DNA of 64,000 nucleotides from the human T2T-CHM13v2.0 reference genome, Homo sapiens (GCF_009914755.1 NC_060930.1); one strand, 5' to 3'; numbered from the stretch's first letter, positions 36,689 to 52,853 are shown. The notes: generated by a model from the sequence alone, not told the origin. Program-made: numbers and translations.

Positions 36689-36795
36689 AGTCTTTTCAAT
36701 TTTTAAACTTCATTGCTTTTCAAGTCACAGTGAAACTATTTGGATTCCTTTCCTTCTTAAAATGAATACTTATTCCATGGATGTAGGCATTTTAA

Positions 36796-37149
<354 letters not shown>

Positions 37150-37610
37150 TAGAGGCCTAGGAGCATTTTTGTCAGGAACTATTGAAATAATTTCCACGTG
37201 GGAGCCTTCTGGTTTCAAAGAAGGAGAGTGTTTACACAGAAGCTGTCTGGTTTCAGGAAAAAAGCCAAGTGGTGTTTTTTAATATTAGGGGAAATTTGCC
37301 TCTCCTTGCTTTTTTTTAAAAAGAAAGAAACCAAAAGCTTGTTTAAACAGGTTCATAGAGGATTGTTTCTGATAAGCATTTATTTTATGTGGTAAACTGA
37401 TTTTGTTGTAGGGGATGGTTTAAACAGAGACAAATAGTGTGTCTCTAGCTGGTGGGTGGCTCTGTAATGAACACGCTCAAATGCTTAGAATGAATGGAGC
37501 TCAGGCATACTGGGAAATGCACGAGAGTTGGGTTTATGTTTTGATTTTGTTTTTATAGGTTTTATGATTTTGGGAAACTCCAAACCTGTTGTCTTCTAAA
37601 GTAGAAATAA

Positions 37611-37926
<316 letters not shown>

Positions 37927-38251
37927 CTATCCCAAGTATATCATAGACTTATAAAGATCAGGGGAGAAAAATAAATTTAGAATCATTTTGAAGAACGAAA
38001 TGATATAAAATATGAAGAAGTACTATAAAGCCTAAATTTGCCAAATTCTAATGCCCACAAATTCTGTTTGAAAATAGGTAGGATACAAATAATACATAAA
38101 TACTGCCTGTACATAGCTTAAGAAAGACTAGTATACAATTATTTAACAAAAGGAGATAATCTATAGTGTTGGTTTATAATAAAATATGGAATAATAAGAT
38201 ATATAAGGTACCAAAATTCTCAGTTCATCTTATAGGCAAGTATTTTGCTGA

Positions 38252-38551
<300 letters not shown>

Positions 38552-38731
38552 TTGCTGAATTTTTTTTTTTTTGACAGATGGCAATAGGTCATAGTCATAA
38601 AGATATTTTCATTGAAGTTTGACAAATTGTGTATCCTATATTACTAAAGCTTTTGAAGGAGCTCATAATTGTAATTATAGTTTGCTCAGCTCACCTGGGT
38701 TTACGTAGAATACAGTTGCCATATTTTATTC

Positions 38732-39033
38732 TTTTTTTTTTTTTTTTTTTGGAGTCAGGGTCTCTCTCTGTCCCCTAGGCTGGAGTGCAGTGGCACAATC
38801 TTGGCTCACTGAAACCTCTGTCTCCTGGTTTCAAGCGATTCTCATGCCTCAGTCTCCTAAGTATCTGGGATTACAGATGCCTGCCACCACACCTGGCTAA
38901 TTTTTGTATTGTTAGTAGAGATAGGGTTTTACCATGTTGGCAAGGCTGGTCTCGAACTCCTGACCTCAGGTGATCCACCTGCCTCAGCCTCCCAAAGTGC
39001 AGGGATTACAGGCGTGAGCCACCAGGCCTGGCT
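38732..39033 (-). mobile_element. AluS
   Basis: Full dimer. Confidence 0.95.
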
Positions 39034-39210
39034 TATTCTTTAATAAAGTAGTGCTATGTGAGTTTTCAACTTGGAAGATTATATGTAATCTTGGACTAGT
39101 TGGAATTTTTCTCTAAAGTCAGTAGTAGATAAGATAAGTAGATAAGACTGGAAGATTCTGAAACAATAATATTCGTTTCTTCCAATCTTATTAACTAACC
39201 GTTATGAAGT

Positions 39211-39763
39211 TGTGGTAAGAAGCCTCTAAGATGCCCCCCAATGCCCTCCACCTCCTCGTTCATATCCTGGTATAATTCCCTCCTCTTGTGTGTGGGCTGG
39301 GCTTATTGACTCACCTCTAAGGAATAAAATACAGCAGAAGTGATAGGATGTCACTGTGCGATTATGTTATAAAAAGACTATGGCTTCCTTCTTTGCCACA
39401 CTCTCTCTTGACCTCTCTCAGATTTCTAATCCTGAAGGAAGCTGGGTGCCATGTTGTGAGGTCTCTGTATGGAGAGGCCCATCTGGTGGGAGATTCTGGT
39501 CAGCTAATAAACACACGAGGGAGCCTGGAAGCAGCCATCCTCACTACCACCATCCCATCCCCGCTCCAGTTGAGACTTCAGATGAGACCCCATGATGATC
39601 TGATAGCTTAACTGCAACCTCATGAGAGATCTTAAGCCAGAGGCACTCAACTAAGCTGCTCCTGAATTCCTAATCCACAGAAATTATGAAGTAATACACG
39701 TTTGTTGTTTTAAGCCACTAGGTTTTGGGGTAATATTTTATACAGCAATAGATAACTCATACT
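39211..39763 (+). mobile_element. MLT1F-like MaLR LTR
   Basis: tgtggtaagaagcctctaagatg...tgttgttttaagccactaggttttggggtaat...cagcaatagataactcatac. Confidence 0.88.
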
Positions 39764-39898
39764 AAAGCCCTGTTTACGTTTCATACATCAATATGTAAAG
39801 ATACATGTTTAAAAAGAAATGTTATCATCACTAACAACAACAAAGGTTTACTAATATCAAGTAGTTCAGGACAATCAAATGAAAAGGGAGAAAATTAA

Positions 39899-40222
<324 letters not shown>

Positions 40223-40547
40223 TGAGAAATATGAGATCTCTGAGATTATAACTTTAGGAACTTCCATTAAAATTAGGGATGCTGTTGTCTATATCGTATC
40301 TGGCATATTGCCAAATTGTTATGCCTATATCCAACTGCAGCAATATTGCCAGCTTTCCAACTTCAGATCAAAACTTTCAGAGAAAGAAAGCTGTAAATAA
40401 CAGGATATTAAAATGAAATTCTCTATGGCTTGATTTCAAGCAAGCTCCCTAAAGCTGAGAACAATGCAGTAGTACCAAGTATCTCTCAGATGATACAGGC
40501 AGATGCTGGTCTAGCCATGCAGGGCACGTTAAGAGGAAAAAAAAAAA

Positions 40548-41180
<633 letters not shown>

Positions 41181-41249
41181 GAGAGAGAGAGTGAGAGAGA
41201 ATCAGAAACCAGTCATGCCTACATTAGCCTATCACAGACACCTACTTTT

Positions 41250-42212
41250 TCAAGATGGAATTTTGATAATCAGTAGTAGAGGGAGGATCTTTGTGAGAAT
41301 TTTCAGTGTGCTGGGTATCCCACTCCCACAGGTGGGAAAAGGATGCACTTCAAAGGAAGTTTCTAGAGAACCACTTGTGGGGACTGGTGTCCCACTCTTG
41401 CCAAGTGAGAGGTGGCTGGGACTGCTTCTGCCTCGCAGTGAAGACAGAATGCCTCAAAGGCCCGTTGCATTTCCACTGCATTTTACTAGGACCTGGATAT
41501 GAAGGCAGCTGGCCTGGAATTTGCTTAAACATGACTTTTCCCAAGACACCTGCCTCGAGGGACAGTGCCGCCCAGGCAGACGGGTGGACACAGGAAGCCA
41601 AGGGGTCAAGAGAAATCAGGAAAGGCATAATTTCTCCATCAAAGAGTAAGTGGGCAACTCTCTGGAAAGCCTGAGAAAGCTCACCAAGAGAGCAGGCATC
41701 TGCCATCCGGAGGGTACAAGCAGCAGGACCCCAGCCATCCAGCTGAGTCAAGCTGTGCCCTTTCCCTGAATCCCCTCTTCCCAGGACCCAACCCTGCAGG
41801 GGTTACAAACAGCAGCTATAAAGTGGGAAGCAAGAGGATTGGGAAAAGAGAAAAGAAACTGATGATACTCTCAATTCTGCCTGCCAGTGTGGCCAGGTCC
41901 AAAGTGGAGAAGGGAAGAAATCTTAATTGGATAAAGATTTGGAGTTAATTGGAGTTCTGATTTTTATCCTGGACTGGATTGGAATTATATGATTATGAAA
42001 CAGACTTTATTTGTTAATACCCAAACAAGGGGCTTTTCATTTATTTTCCAGGGATGACTGGAAAAGCCATGGAATGTGCTCATGATCCTATCCTGGGGCA
42101 AGGAAGAATTAGACCATGGAGTGATTTGAAGAGGCCATGGAAGAAAAAAAATAAAGTTATTTTATGCTTATAAGCCCAGCTAAGTCCAGCTCATTCAATG
42201 AAATGATTGTAA
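41250..42212 (+). mobile_element. Probable ancient MamGypLTR1-type LTR
   Basis: 3' part (ggactgga...aataaagttattttatgctt...agtccagctcattcaat) resembles recalled MamGypLTR1 end; 5' boundary uncertain. Confidence 0.5.
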
Positions 42213-42487
42213 GCATTTATGGAAAGAAGAAAGGGAGAGGTCCTCCTGCCAGGAACCCGCCTCTAGCCACAGAGGATAGCGATCACTAAAGATAAGGGTT
42301 TTCCCAGTGAAGAGCTTTGGAAATGTTTCCCTTGACTAGAAATGATACTGACCCCAAGGTTCAGGCCCACCAGAGAACAGTGGGAACAATAGTTTATCTC
42401 CTTGAGTAATGAGAAGGATTCCAGTTTTCAGGTGAGCTGGGCCTCTTTCCAGGTTGTCCAGAGCCTTTTAAGTCTAAAGCCCACATC

Positions 42488-42910
42488 AGTGTTTTCAAAA
42501 GTGTTTCCACAAAGCATGACACCCACAGATTATGAATAGGCATTACCAAGGAAAACAGGGTTCCATGGTTTAAAAGTTTGAACAATGTGGGCTGGGAGTG
42601 ATGGTTCATGCCTGTAATCCTAGCACTTTAGGAAGGCAACATGGGAGGATCAGTTGAGCTAAGGAGTTCAAGACCAGCCTGGGCAACATAGTTAGACCTT
42701 GTCTCTTTAAAAGAAAAAAAAAATTAAGTTTGAAAAATGCTGTTAAATAAAACTAAACAGTTGTCTTTCCTGCAGGACTTATCAGAGCCTCAGCATGCTA
42801 AGGTATATTGGTCATGCTTCTATAATAATTGTTCATTTCCTGCAGCTTGTTTTGCTACAGGACACTTTAGTTTGTTCCTAGGAATGCTCTGGAGTGGTTG
42901 GAAGTGCACT
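42488..42910 (+). mobile_element. Charlie4z-like hAT element split by FLAM
   Basis: cagtgttttcaaaagtgtttcc...agggttccatgg...aagtttg | ttaaataaaactaaacag...ctgcaggacttatcagagcc. Confidence 0.65.
42590..42724 (+). mobile_element. FLAM_C-type monomer
   Basis: TSD aagtttgaa(c/a)aatg. Confidence 0.87.
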
Positions 42911-43439
42911 TCACTCCCCGTGCAATGCCCTCCTCCTGCTTCTGTCAGCATCAGTGACTACAGCCTTTAGTGTTCTCAGGTGTATTTCTGAAACCATTCC
43001 CCGTGATCTCTAACTCCAGGGAAGGTTGTCGAGTTATTTGAGTGCTCCTCTTGACTGCCAATTCTACTCAGCTTCAGATAAAGAAGAAAACCCTCTTTGC
43101 CTTCTCCTCTGGAGAGGGTATTGGAAATTTACTATACATTGAAAATTTCTCCAAGGTATGTCACTTCCCCCAGCCTCTTCTACCATAACTCTTTTGTACC
43201 CGGGGGGTGGACTAATACCAGTTTTTAGATCTCTCTGTGTACCCTGCAGTGGTGGCTGTAGCAGGTGATTTTGGTGCCCTGCCCTGTGGTCCTCATGGCT
43301 GTTCACCCTTCTGACTCTGGGATTCCAGTGTTTGTTCTATGCAGTAAATCAATTGTTGTGATAAATGAATCCCATTTTATTCACACTCGACCTTTGTTAT
43401 GTAATGTATGTTTAATGAAAATGAGTGTGGGTAGTTATA

Positions 43440-43640
43440 AAAATAATAATTACTATTTATTGAGTGATTAATATGTGCCAGTCATCTGCCACAAGCATTC
43501 TCTCAGTAATTAAAAATAGGTATTAATGCTTCCACACTACAGACAAGGAAAGTGAGGCTTAGGAGACTTAAATAACTCACGAGAAGGCACACACTGAGTG
43601 GATGTCTAGATCCAGCTGCCTATTCTCATATGCACTGTTC
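43440..43640 (-). mobile_element. MIR
   Basis: aataataattactatttattgag...acagacaaggaaagtgaggcttagg. Confidence 0.7.
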
Positions 43641-43711
43641 CAGTCTCACCAGAGCATCACAGTGTATCAGACTCTCATTGTCTGAGGTATACCCAAAGTT
43701 CTTTGTCCCAC

Positions 43712-44355
43712 TGAGAGGTGAAGCCAGCTAGATTTCCTGGGTCGAGTGGGGACTTGGAGAACTTTTCTGTCTAGCTAAAGGATTGTAAATGCACCAATCA
43801 GCACTCTGTAAAAACACACCAATCAGTGCTCTGTGTCTAGCTAAAGGATTGTAAACGCACCAATCAGCACTCTGTAAAAACACACCAGTCAGTGCTCTGT
43901 GTGTAGCTAAAGGATTGTAAACGCACCAATCAGCACTCTGTAAAATGGACCAGTCTGCACTCTGTAAAATGGACCAATCAGCACTCTGTAAAATGGACCA
44001 ATAAGCAGGACATGGGTGGGACCAAATAAGGGACTAAAAGCTGGCCACTCCAGCCAGCCACGGCAACCTACTCGGGTACCCTTCTATGCTGTGGAAGCTT
44101 TGTTTTTCTGCTCTTCACAATAAATCTTGCTGCTGCTCACTCTTTGGGTCTGCACTACCTTTAAGAGCTGTTAACACTTGCCGCGAAGGTCCACGGCTTC
44201 ATTCTTGAAGTCAGCGAGACCACCAACCCACTGGAAGGAAGAAACTCTGGACACACCATCTTTAAGAGCTGTAACACTCTCTGCGAAGGTCCACGGCTTC
44301 ATTCTTGAAGCTGGTGAGACCAAGAACCCACTGCAAGGAATAAATTCCGGATACA
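43712..44355 (+). mobile_element. LTR12 (HERV9) solo LTR, short LTR12F-like variant
   Basis: TG...CA termini, perfect 4-bp TSD ccac, tandem gctaaaggattgtaaa/ccaatcagc repeats, AATAAA 44119-44124, duplicated U5 repeat. Confidence 0.96.
43790..44005 (+). promoter_or_regulatory. LTR12 NF-Y CCAAT-box array
   Basis: Six intact CCAAT and two CCAGT variants in U3 repeats. Confidence 0.75.
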
Positions 44356-44661
44356 CCACGACCAAGAAAATTAAGGAGCGCAGACACCAAGGGTGAAGTT
44401 GGAGCATGAGTTTAATGAGCAAAAGAAGAAAACTCTCTGCCATGGAGAGGGGACCTGAAAGAGGGTTGGTGTTTTTACAGTTGAATGTTAAAGCTTTTAT
44501 AAGAAACTGATGAGGGCTGGGTGTCTCATTTGCATAAGGCATGAATTTCTGGTAGCTCCAGCCAGTCCTCCTAATGTACACATGGGCCCTTAGCTTGAGT
44601 TACTCCATATTGTTTTGTTCCCCTTACTGCATATGTGTCAGGGGACAGAATTTTGCAGGGT

Positions 44662-44681
44662 GGGCATGTCTAGGCAAGTCA
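44662..44681. promoter_or_regulatory. p53-family response element, no spacer
   Basis: GGGCATGTCT-AGGCAAGTCA = 19/20 match to (RRRCWWGYYY)x2. Confidence 0.8.
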
Positions 44682-44712
44682 CCTGTGTAGACTTTCTTAT
44701 CTTAGAGACTGT

Positions 44713-44733
44713 GGGCATGTCTTAGGCAAGCCC
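44713..44733. promoter_or_regulatory. p53-family response element, 1-bp spacer
   Basis: GGGCATGTCT-t-AGGCAAGCCC, both half-sites perfect. Confidence 0.75.
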
Positions 44734-45199
44734 TGCCCCCACCCCTCTCCCCCAGGGCAAGTTCTCTTATCTGTGCCTGCAGCTTGATTTTTCAGGCTGT
44801 TCTTTTCTTTGAAAGAATTCAACCGAGGACCCACCCTAACTGCCTGCCTGACTGATTTCCTTCTTTCTTGTCTTTCAGCACTAGGTTGTACTACTTGCTT
44901 GTAGAGATCATTTCAATGTCTGAGATGTTACTTAAAAGCCTTATTATAATCATCTTCCCACAGCCTGATTTCTTAGGACTCCAGTCTAATTTCTATTGGG
45001 CCTTCCTTAAGCTTCTAACTAATTTTAGAATTCATACACTGGTCAGAAAAAGTACAAACAGTGACAGCCAAAAGACATTTGGGGAAATAATTTATTTAGA
45101 AAAAACTGCTGAAAAATAGCCTGCTGATTTGGCCAAATGGAAGTGGTCAATGGGCTCTCTGTGGTAGACGCAGCTTTTTTCTTTTGGTCTGAACGTTAT

Positions 45200-45560
45200 G
45201 TGATTTCCTCCCTCCTTGCCATTGCTCACACTGTCTCCTCTGCCAGATCCTTCATCTGTTCACTCCTATTCACCCTTTTAAGCCTCTGAGAATTTCCTTG
45301 AGGAAGCCTTCCCTGCCCTCTCCCACTATCCAGTCCTGGGTTGGATTACTACGGTTACGCATTACTCCATAGTTCACCCCAGAAGTGTCGTGCATGTATC
45401 TATCACTATTGGAACGGGCTGTCTAGTGATCTGCTTCCCTCACTGGTTTGTAAGCTTCTTGTGATGCCTTATCCATCTTGAACCCTTGCACATAGTTACA
45501 GCTTACTAACCCTTGCAGAATGACTGGTTCACTGCCTGGTAGAATAAAGGATCTCCTTTT
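45200..45560 (+). mobile_element. L2 fragment
   Basis: ccttgaggaagccttccctg...ttgtaagcttcttgtg. Confidence 0.55.
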
Positions 45561-46039
45561 CCAAGAACCTTGACCACCTGAGCCTCTCCTAGGTGAAGGA
45601 TGTAAAGGAAGAATTGGCTGCACAAAGAGCTCAGAAAGTAGAACTCTTCCTGGTGGATGAAAATAACAGCTGGTCAGAGCCCAAGTGTCATCTGAAAGGG
45701 AACATTGAAAATCAGACCACACCCCTGGACTAGGCTAGTTCTTCCTTATTTGAAGGTGTGTTGCTCTTTTGTCAGTTGTCACACCCCTCGAGAAGGTGTT
45801 GTTATTTGCTAATAGTTTGAATGATGCAAGAAGTAGGTGCCCTGAGAGTCTCTGGGCCTGTTATGAAGAAATGGTTTTCATTATAGATCACTTGGTACAA
45901 TGGGCATAAATGAATACAAGGCCTGAAGATAATACTGTATGAGACAGCCACTTGGCTCATTTACTTCCCTCATTTACTTCCATACTTTTTTAGCTCAAGG
46001 GCATTCACTTGCAGTTCACCTCTGGCGACCTTCCTCTAA

Positions 46040-46540
<501 letters not shown>

Positions 46541-46692
46541 TTTAAAATTTCAAAGTCTTTCTTCAGGTTGGTATGAACACTATTTTCCTTTCATTAGTGA
46601 TAGCCCAAGGAAAAGCCCTTTTTAAGTTAGAAGATTTGATCGTATAGTGTGTCTGGGACGTGGTGAGAAAAAAACTCAGTAAACTGAGAAAG

Positions 46693-46750
46693 TAGAGATG
46701 GTGGTAGAGATGGTGGTGGAGATGGTGGTAGAGATGGTGGTGGAGGATGG
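46693..46750. repeat. 12-bp minisatellite (AGATGGTGGTRG) x4
   Basis: Direct reading. Confidence 0.9.
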
Positions 46751-47290
46751 GGAATGTTGGCATTTTTCACTGGCCTTCAGAGCACCATACCCCCTGGGAA
46801 GTGAAGTACAGGGAGAAATGGAGAAATGGAGGAATGGAGGAGATGGCCTATATTGGAAGTGGGGCTGCAGAATGGGGGACTGATGGGGCTGGAAAGCTTC
46901 CAGCTTATAGTAAGTCAGCACTTGCAAGTACAGCTTTATTATCTTACTTTAAGAACCGTAGATATCCTCTATGTCAGAACCATTCAAATTTAGCATCAAT
47001 CTTAATACGTTTCCCTAAGCCACATATAAGTGATGTTGCTATTATCAGTAGTTTTAAATTGCCCAGTCCCAGTGGCTTTAATTAGAATGGGAAATTGAGA
47101 GGCGAGTAGACATCTGGCCAACCTGACTCTTGCAAAAGCCGCACTGAGGCCTGCAGTGGATGGGACCTCATGCTGTCTCACCTTTCCCGACTCTCAGCAG
47201 GGCATTTTGCTAAAGAACACCTGGGAGGGGCTCTCAAAAAGGTGGTAACCAACTAGGCGTGGGCTATTTCTGGAATGTCCCTCCTAATTC

Positions 47291-47581
47291 TTTTTTTTTT
47301 TTTTTTTTTTTTGAAATGGAGTCTTGCTCTGTCATCCAGGCTGGAGCGCAGTGGTGCGATGTAATCTCCACCTCCCGGGTTCAAGCGATTCTCCTGTCTC
47401 AGCCTCCCGAGTAGGGGATTACAGGTGCACACCACCACGCCTGGCTAATTTTTGTATTTTTAGTAGAGATGGGGTTTCACCATGTTGGCCAGGCTGGTCT
47501 CTAACACTTGACCTCAGGTGATCCACTTGCCTCGGCCTCCCAAAGTGCTGGAATTACAGGCATGAGCCACCATGCCCAGCC
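47291..47581 (-). mobile_element. AluSx-like
   Basis: Dimer with short deletion. Confidence 0.95.
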
Positions 47582-47789
47582 TTCCCTCCCAATTCTTATT
47601 TTCCACCCTCGTCCCTCTTAATTATCATTGGAATTCATAATTATTGCTCTCTAAAGAATACAATCTGCTGTTTTCAGAGTGCTCCTGCCCCGTGCAGCTT
47701 CCCCATTTTTGCCCTGATGCCAGCTAGCCACTAGTATAGAAGGCAAGTGGAGCAGATTCTCAGCTCTGCATCTGTTCAACAAACATTAT

Positions 47790-48940
47790 CTTTAAAATCA
47801 TAGTAAAATCTACATAGCAAAATGTACCACCTTAATCTTTTTTTTTTTTGAGATGGAATCTTGCTCTGTCTCCCAGGCTGGAGGGCAGTGGCGCGATCTT
47901 GGCTCACTGCAACCTCCGCCTCCTGGGTTCAAGCAATTCTCTGCCTCAGCCTCTTGAGTAGCTGGGATTACAGGCAACTGCCACCATGCCCAGCTAATTT
48001 TTTGAATTTTTAGTAGAGACAGGGTTTCACCATCTTGGGCAGGCTGGTCTTACAGCCTGGTCTTACAGGCTGGTCAAACTCCTGACCTGGTGATCCACCC
48101 GCCTCGGTCTTCCAAAGTGTTGGGATTACAGGCATGAAACACTGTACCCAGCCCACCTAAACCATTTTTAAGTGTATAGTTCAGTGCCATGAAGTACATT
48201 CATTTTGTTGCACTACTATCATCATTATCACAATCCAGCCAGAGAACTCTTTCATCTGCAACACTGAAACTCCATACCTATTAAACAATAACTTCCCAGT
48301 CCTCTCTTCCCCCAGCTTCTGGAACCACCATTCTACTTTCTCTATGAATTTGATGGCTTTGTGTGTCTCTTGTAAGTGGAATCATACAGTATTTATTTGT
48401 CTTTTTGTGACTGGCTTATTTCACTTAGCATAATGTTTTCAATATTCATCCCTGTTATAGCATGTGTCAGAATTTCCTTCCCCTTGAAGCTAAAAAATAC
48501 CCCATTGTACCACACATTTTACTTATTCATTCATTCATCAAAGGACACTTAAGTTGCTTTCTGGGCTATTGTGAATAATGCAGCTATGAACATGGATGTA
48601 CAGATATCTCTTTGAGACCGTGCTGTCAATTATTTGAAGTGTATTCCTAGAAGTGGAATAGCTGAATCATATGGTAATTTAAAAAAATTTTTTTGAGAAA
48701 CAATTATACTGTTTTCCATAGCAGTGGCACCATTATGCGTTCCTATCAGCAGAGCACAAGCGTTCCAATCACCCCACGTTCTTGCCAACACTTGGTATTT
48801 TCTGTTTTGATAGTAGCCATCCTAATGAGTGTGAGGTGGCACTTCATGGTGGTTTTGATTTGCATTTCTCTAATGATTAGAGATTTTGAGCATCTTTTCA
48901 TGTGCTTGTTTGGCATTTGTGTATCTTCTTTGGAGAAATT
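47790..48940 (-). mobile_element. L1MB 3' end split by Alu
   Basis: ccatttttaagtgtatagttcagtg...ggcttatttcacttagcataatgtttt...ttgatttgcatttctctaatgattag. Confidence 0.9.
47838..48153 (-). mobile_element. AluS with internal 13-bp triplication (48040-48075)
   Basis: caggctggtctta repeated ~2.8x. Confidence 0.94.
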
Positions 48941-49066
48941 AAAGAAGTATTTTTTGATCATCTGTGGGTTGCATATCCAATAGACATTTCCTCTCATCTT
49001 CCTGACTGGGGTTGAATTTTATCTCTCCTTGACATGATTCAGGGGTAATTCCTGATTAGTCTAAGT

Positions 49067-49560
49067 CAGTGGTTCTCAATCCTGGCTGCACATTAGAGTC
49101 ACCAAGGGAAGCTTTAAAAAATACCCAGGTTAGGGCCAGGTGCAGTGGTTCATGCCTGTAATCCCAGCTCTTTGGAAGGCCGAGGCAAGTGAATCCACTT
49201 GAGATCAGGGGTTTGAGACCAGCCTGGCCAACATGGTGAAACCCCATCTACAAAAAAAAAAAAAAAAATTTAGCCAGGCATGGTGGGAGACACCTGTAAT
49301 CCCAGCTACTCAGGAGGCTGAGGCAGGAGAATCACTTGAACCCAGGAGGCAGAGGTTTCAGTGAGCTGAGATCACACCACTGTACTTCAGCCTGGGCAAC
49401 AGTGAGACTCCGTCTTGGGGACAAAAAAAAAAAAGAAACAAAAAAACCCAGGTTCAGGCCTCCTTCCCAGACCAATGAAATTAGAATGTCCAGAGGTATT
49501 CCTGGGCATTGGTGTTTTTAGAAATTTCCAGCTAAGCCCCAGATATTCAAATGTGCTGCC
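49067..49560 (+). mobile_element. MER5B-like MITE split by Alu
   Basis: cagtggttctcaatcctggctgcacattagagtcacc. Confidence 0.75.
49134..49446 (+). mobile_element. AluS
   Basis: TSD aaaa(t/a)acccaggtt. Confidence 0.95.
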
Positions 49561-49563
49561 ATA

Positions 49564-49875
49564 GTCCAGGCACAGTGGCTCATGCCTGTAATCCTAGCAC
49601 TTTGGGAGGCTGAGGTGGGTGGATCTCTTGAGCCCAGGAGTTAGAGACCAGCCTGGGCAACACAGGGAGACTCCATCTCTACAGCTTTTTTTTTTGAAAA
49701 TTAGCCAGGCATGGTGGCGCACACCCACAGTCCCAGCTACTCAGGAGACTGAGGTGTGATAATCACCTGAGCTCAGGGAGTTGAGTCTGCAATGAGCCAT
49801 GATCATGCAACTGCACTCCAGCCTGGTGACAGAGTGAGACTCTGTCTCTTAAAAAATAAAATAAAATAAAATAAA
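49564..49875 (+). mobile_element. AluJ
   Basis: Full dimer. Confidence 0.94.
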
Positions 49876-51078
49876 TGGCCTATTTAAGCTGTTTTGAGTT
49901 GGGTTTTCTGCTGAAAGTATCTCAATTGTACACTTACTATGTACTAGGGATTTCAGGAAGGTACAGGACTATTCTTATCTGTTATGATAGAAAAAAGGAA
50001 CCAAGGCATTGTCTTAAATAGACTTAACCCCTGAATCCTCATGTTGAAAGTCTGAAGCTCTACTGTCCAAGGTTTTTAGGCTTCACTTAGAAGCAGGTGA
50101 GACAGGAAACCAGGAAAGTTGGACGGGCTGTATAATCAGCCGACAGATCTGAACTGGAGATATCCCAAACTTAAATGTAGAGCTGGAAGCATTCTCAACT
50201 TAAATGCTGTCTCTTCTACAGCTTACCTGGTGGTCCAGGCTGGCCAAGTCCTTAAATCTGGGTCAGTTACAGGGCTTGGATGCAACATGACAAGGGAAAG
50301 AAGTGTGTTCAACGAGAACATTCTGAGTCCAAACCACGTAAGTCTTTAGAGATTAAATTTAACACCTTGGTGTGATATGTGAGCCCAAGCAAGTAACTTA
50401 TTTAAACTAATGGCCAGCCAGGTAGTACTTATCATGTTACATGATTCTCAGGTTTATAGCAAGAGTAATCTTCTCTAGCCTCTTCTTCCCTGGAAGAGAC
50501 CTAGGTGTTATCAGATCAGGCCTCACATCTACTACAGTTTCCTTCAATTATACCTGTGAGGGTGGCTTCTGAGTAGGTAGTGAATTCACCATTTAGTGAG
50601 TCCCAAAAGTAAGGCCAAGTGAGGAAGCACATGAGATATTCTGTTGGCTGGCCACAGTTCTCTGTTGATGTGTTAATTAGAGCGTACATTCAGGACTGAC
50701 AAATCCCAAGATACACCAAAATGTTAAAAAACAAAACAAACAAAAAAAAACAACCAATCAGCTGCTTAGCTAACCGCACTGTGTGACAATAAAGTTTTGG
50801 TTCAATATAAAGTAGTGAAAAGGGCATGTATGTGTCTAGGAAAGCCATTGAAGTGGAAGATACTGAAAGCACACTTTCTGTCGACCTTTCAGAAGCTATT
50901 TTCTAATCTATTCTTGTACAGAGTACTAAAATTTGAAGTGAATGCTGATAAGTATTTATAAGTTTATTCAGATCTCCACCTGTCAATAACTTACACCTAG
51001 CCTTTGAAATTGCTTGTTTGGCTGTGTAGTCTCTATCATGAAGCCAAAGGCCTGCATTAGTCTTCCTGAAACTCCTTA

Positions 51079-51692
<614 letters not shown>

Positions 51693-52237
51693 CTATACTA
51701 AAAATTTCTGCTAGAATTTTAAGGACACAAGCGTAATGTAGAAGGCACAGAATACTTTTTAGGACAATAAAAGACAGCACCATACTTGGTGACGACTGTG
51801 GCAAATGTTAATCAGGGAGGCTGATTCTTTTAGTCAAAACACAAATGTCGTCCTAGACAGACGGTCAGCTTGTCAGCTTGTCAGGGGAGAAGAGGCTAAG
51901 TGCTAAGCTGGAGCTGACTTTCTTGTGAGATGCTGGAAGTCAGGAGAGGGGCTTCCGATGTTTGGGAACTTCGTGGAGATGTTCTGCCACTGGGCTTGGG
52001 CCTGGGAAGATGAGTAGGACTCAACAAGGGGGACAGTGGCTTTCTTGGCACTTCTGGGCAATCTGTTGAAAGCATCTTTATGTACGGCTCCCTCCCACAA
52101 GCCCACCTTGGGGTGTGAGAGTATTGAGATATAATTATTATAAGTCAGGGCTGATCTTGCCCTTCGGAGAGTGTTCAAGCTGATCATTCTTCATTAGACA
52201 GAACTCGCCAGAGACATTGTCTCATCAGAACGCTTCA

Positions 52238-52770
<533 letters not shown>

Positions 52771-52853
52771 TCAACCCTGGAAAACAATGTGAAGATTCAT
52801 GCCTCTAATGCTGCATTTCCCAGAACACTAGATCTGTGGTAAGATGAGTTTGA

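Larger units (their letters stand above)
43679..44877 (-). mobile_element. MER61-family ERV1 solo LTR split by LTR12
   Basis: tgtctgaggtataccc...ccac | gaccaagaaaattaaggagcgcagacac...atttgcataaggc...gggcatgtct repeats...ccctaactgcctgcctgac...tctttca. Confidence 0.85.

Noticed and set aside
43765-44005. Regularly spaced repeats resembling a CRISPR array
   Set aside because: Standard LTR12 U3 tandem repeats with no unique spacers; eukaryotic DNA
46563-46927. ORFs with MVVE/HHLY/STTI repeats
   Set aside because: Produced by the 12-bp minisatellite
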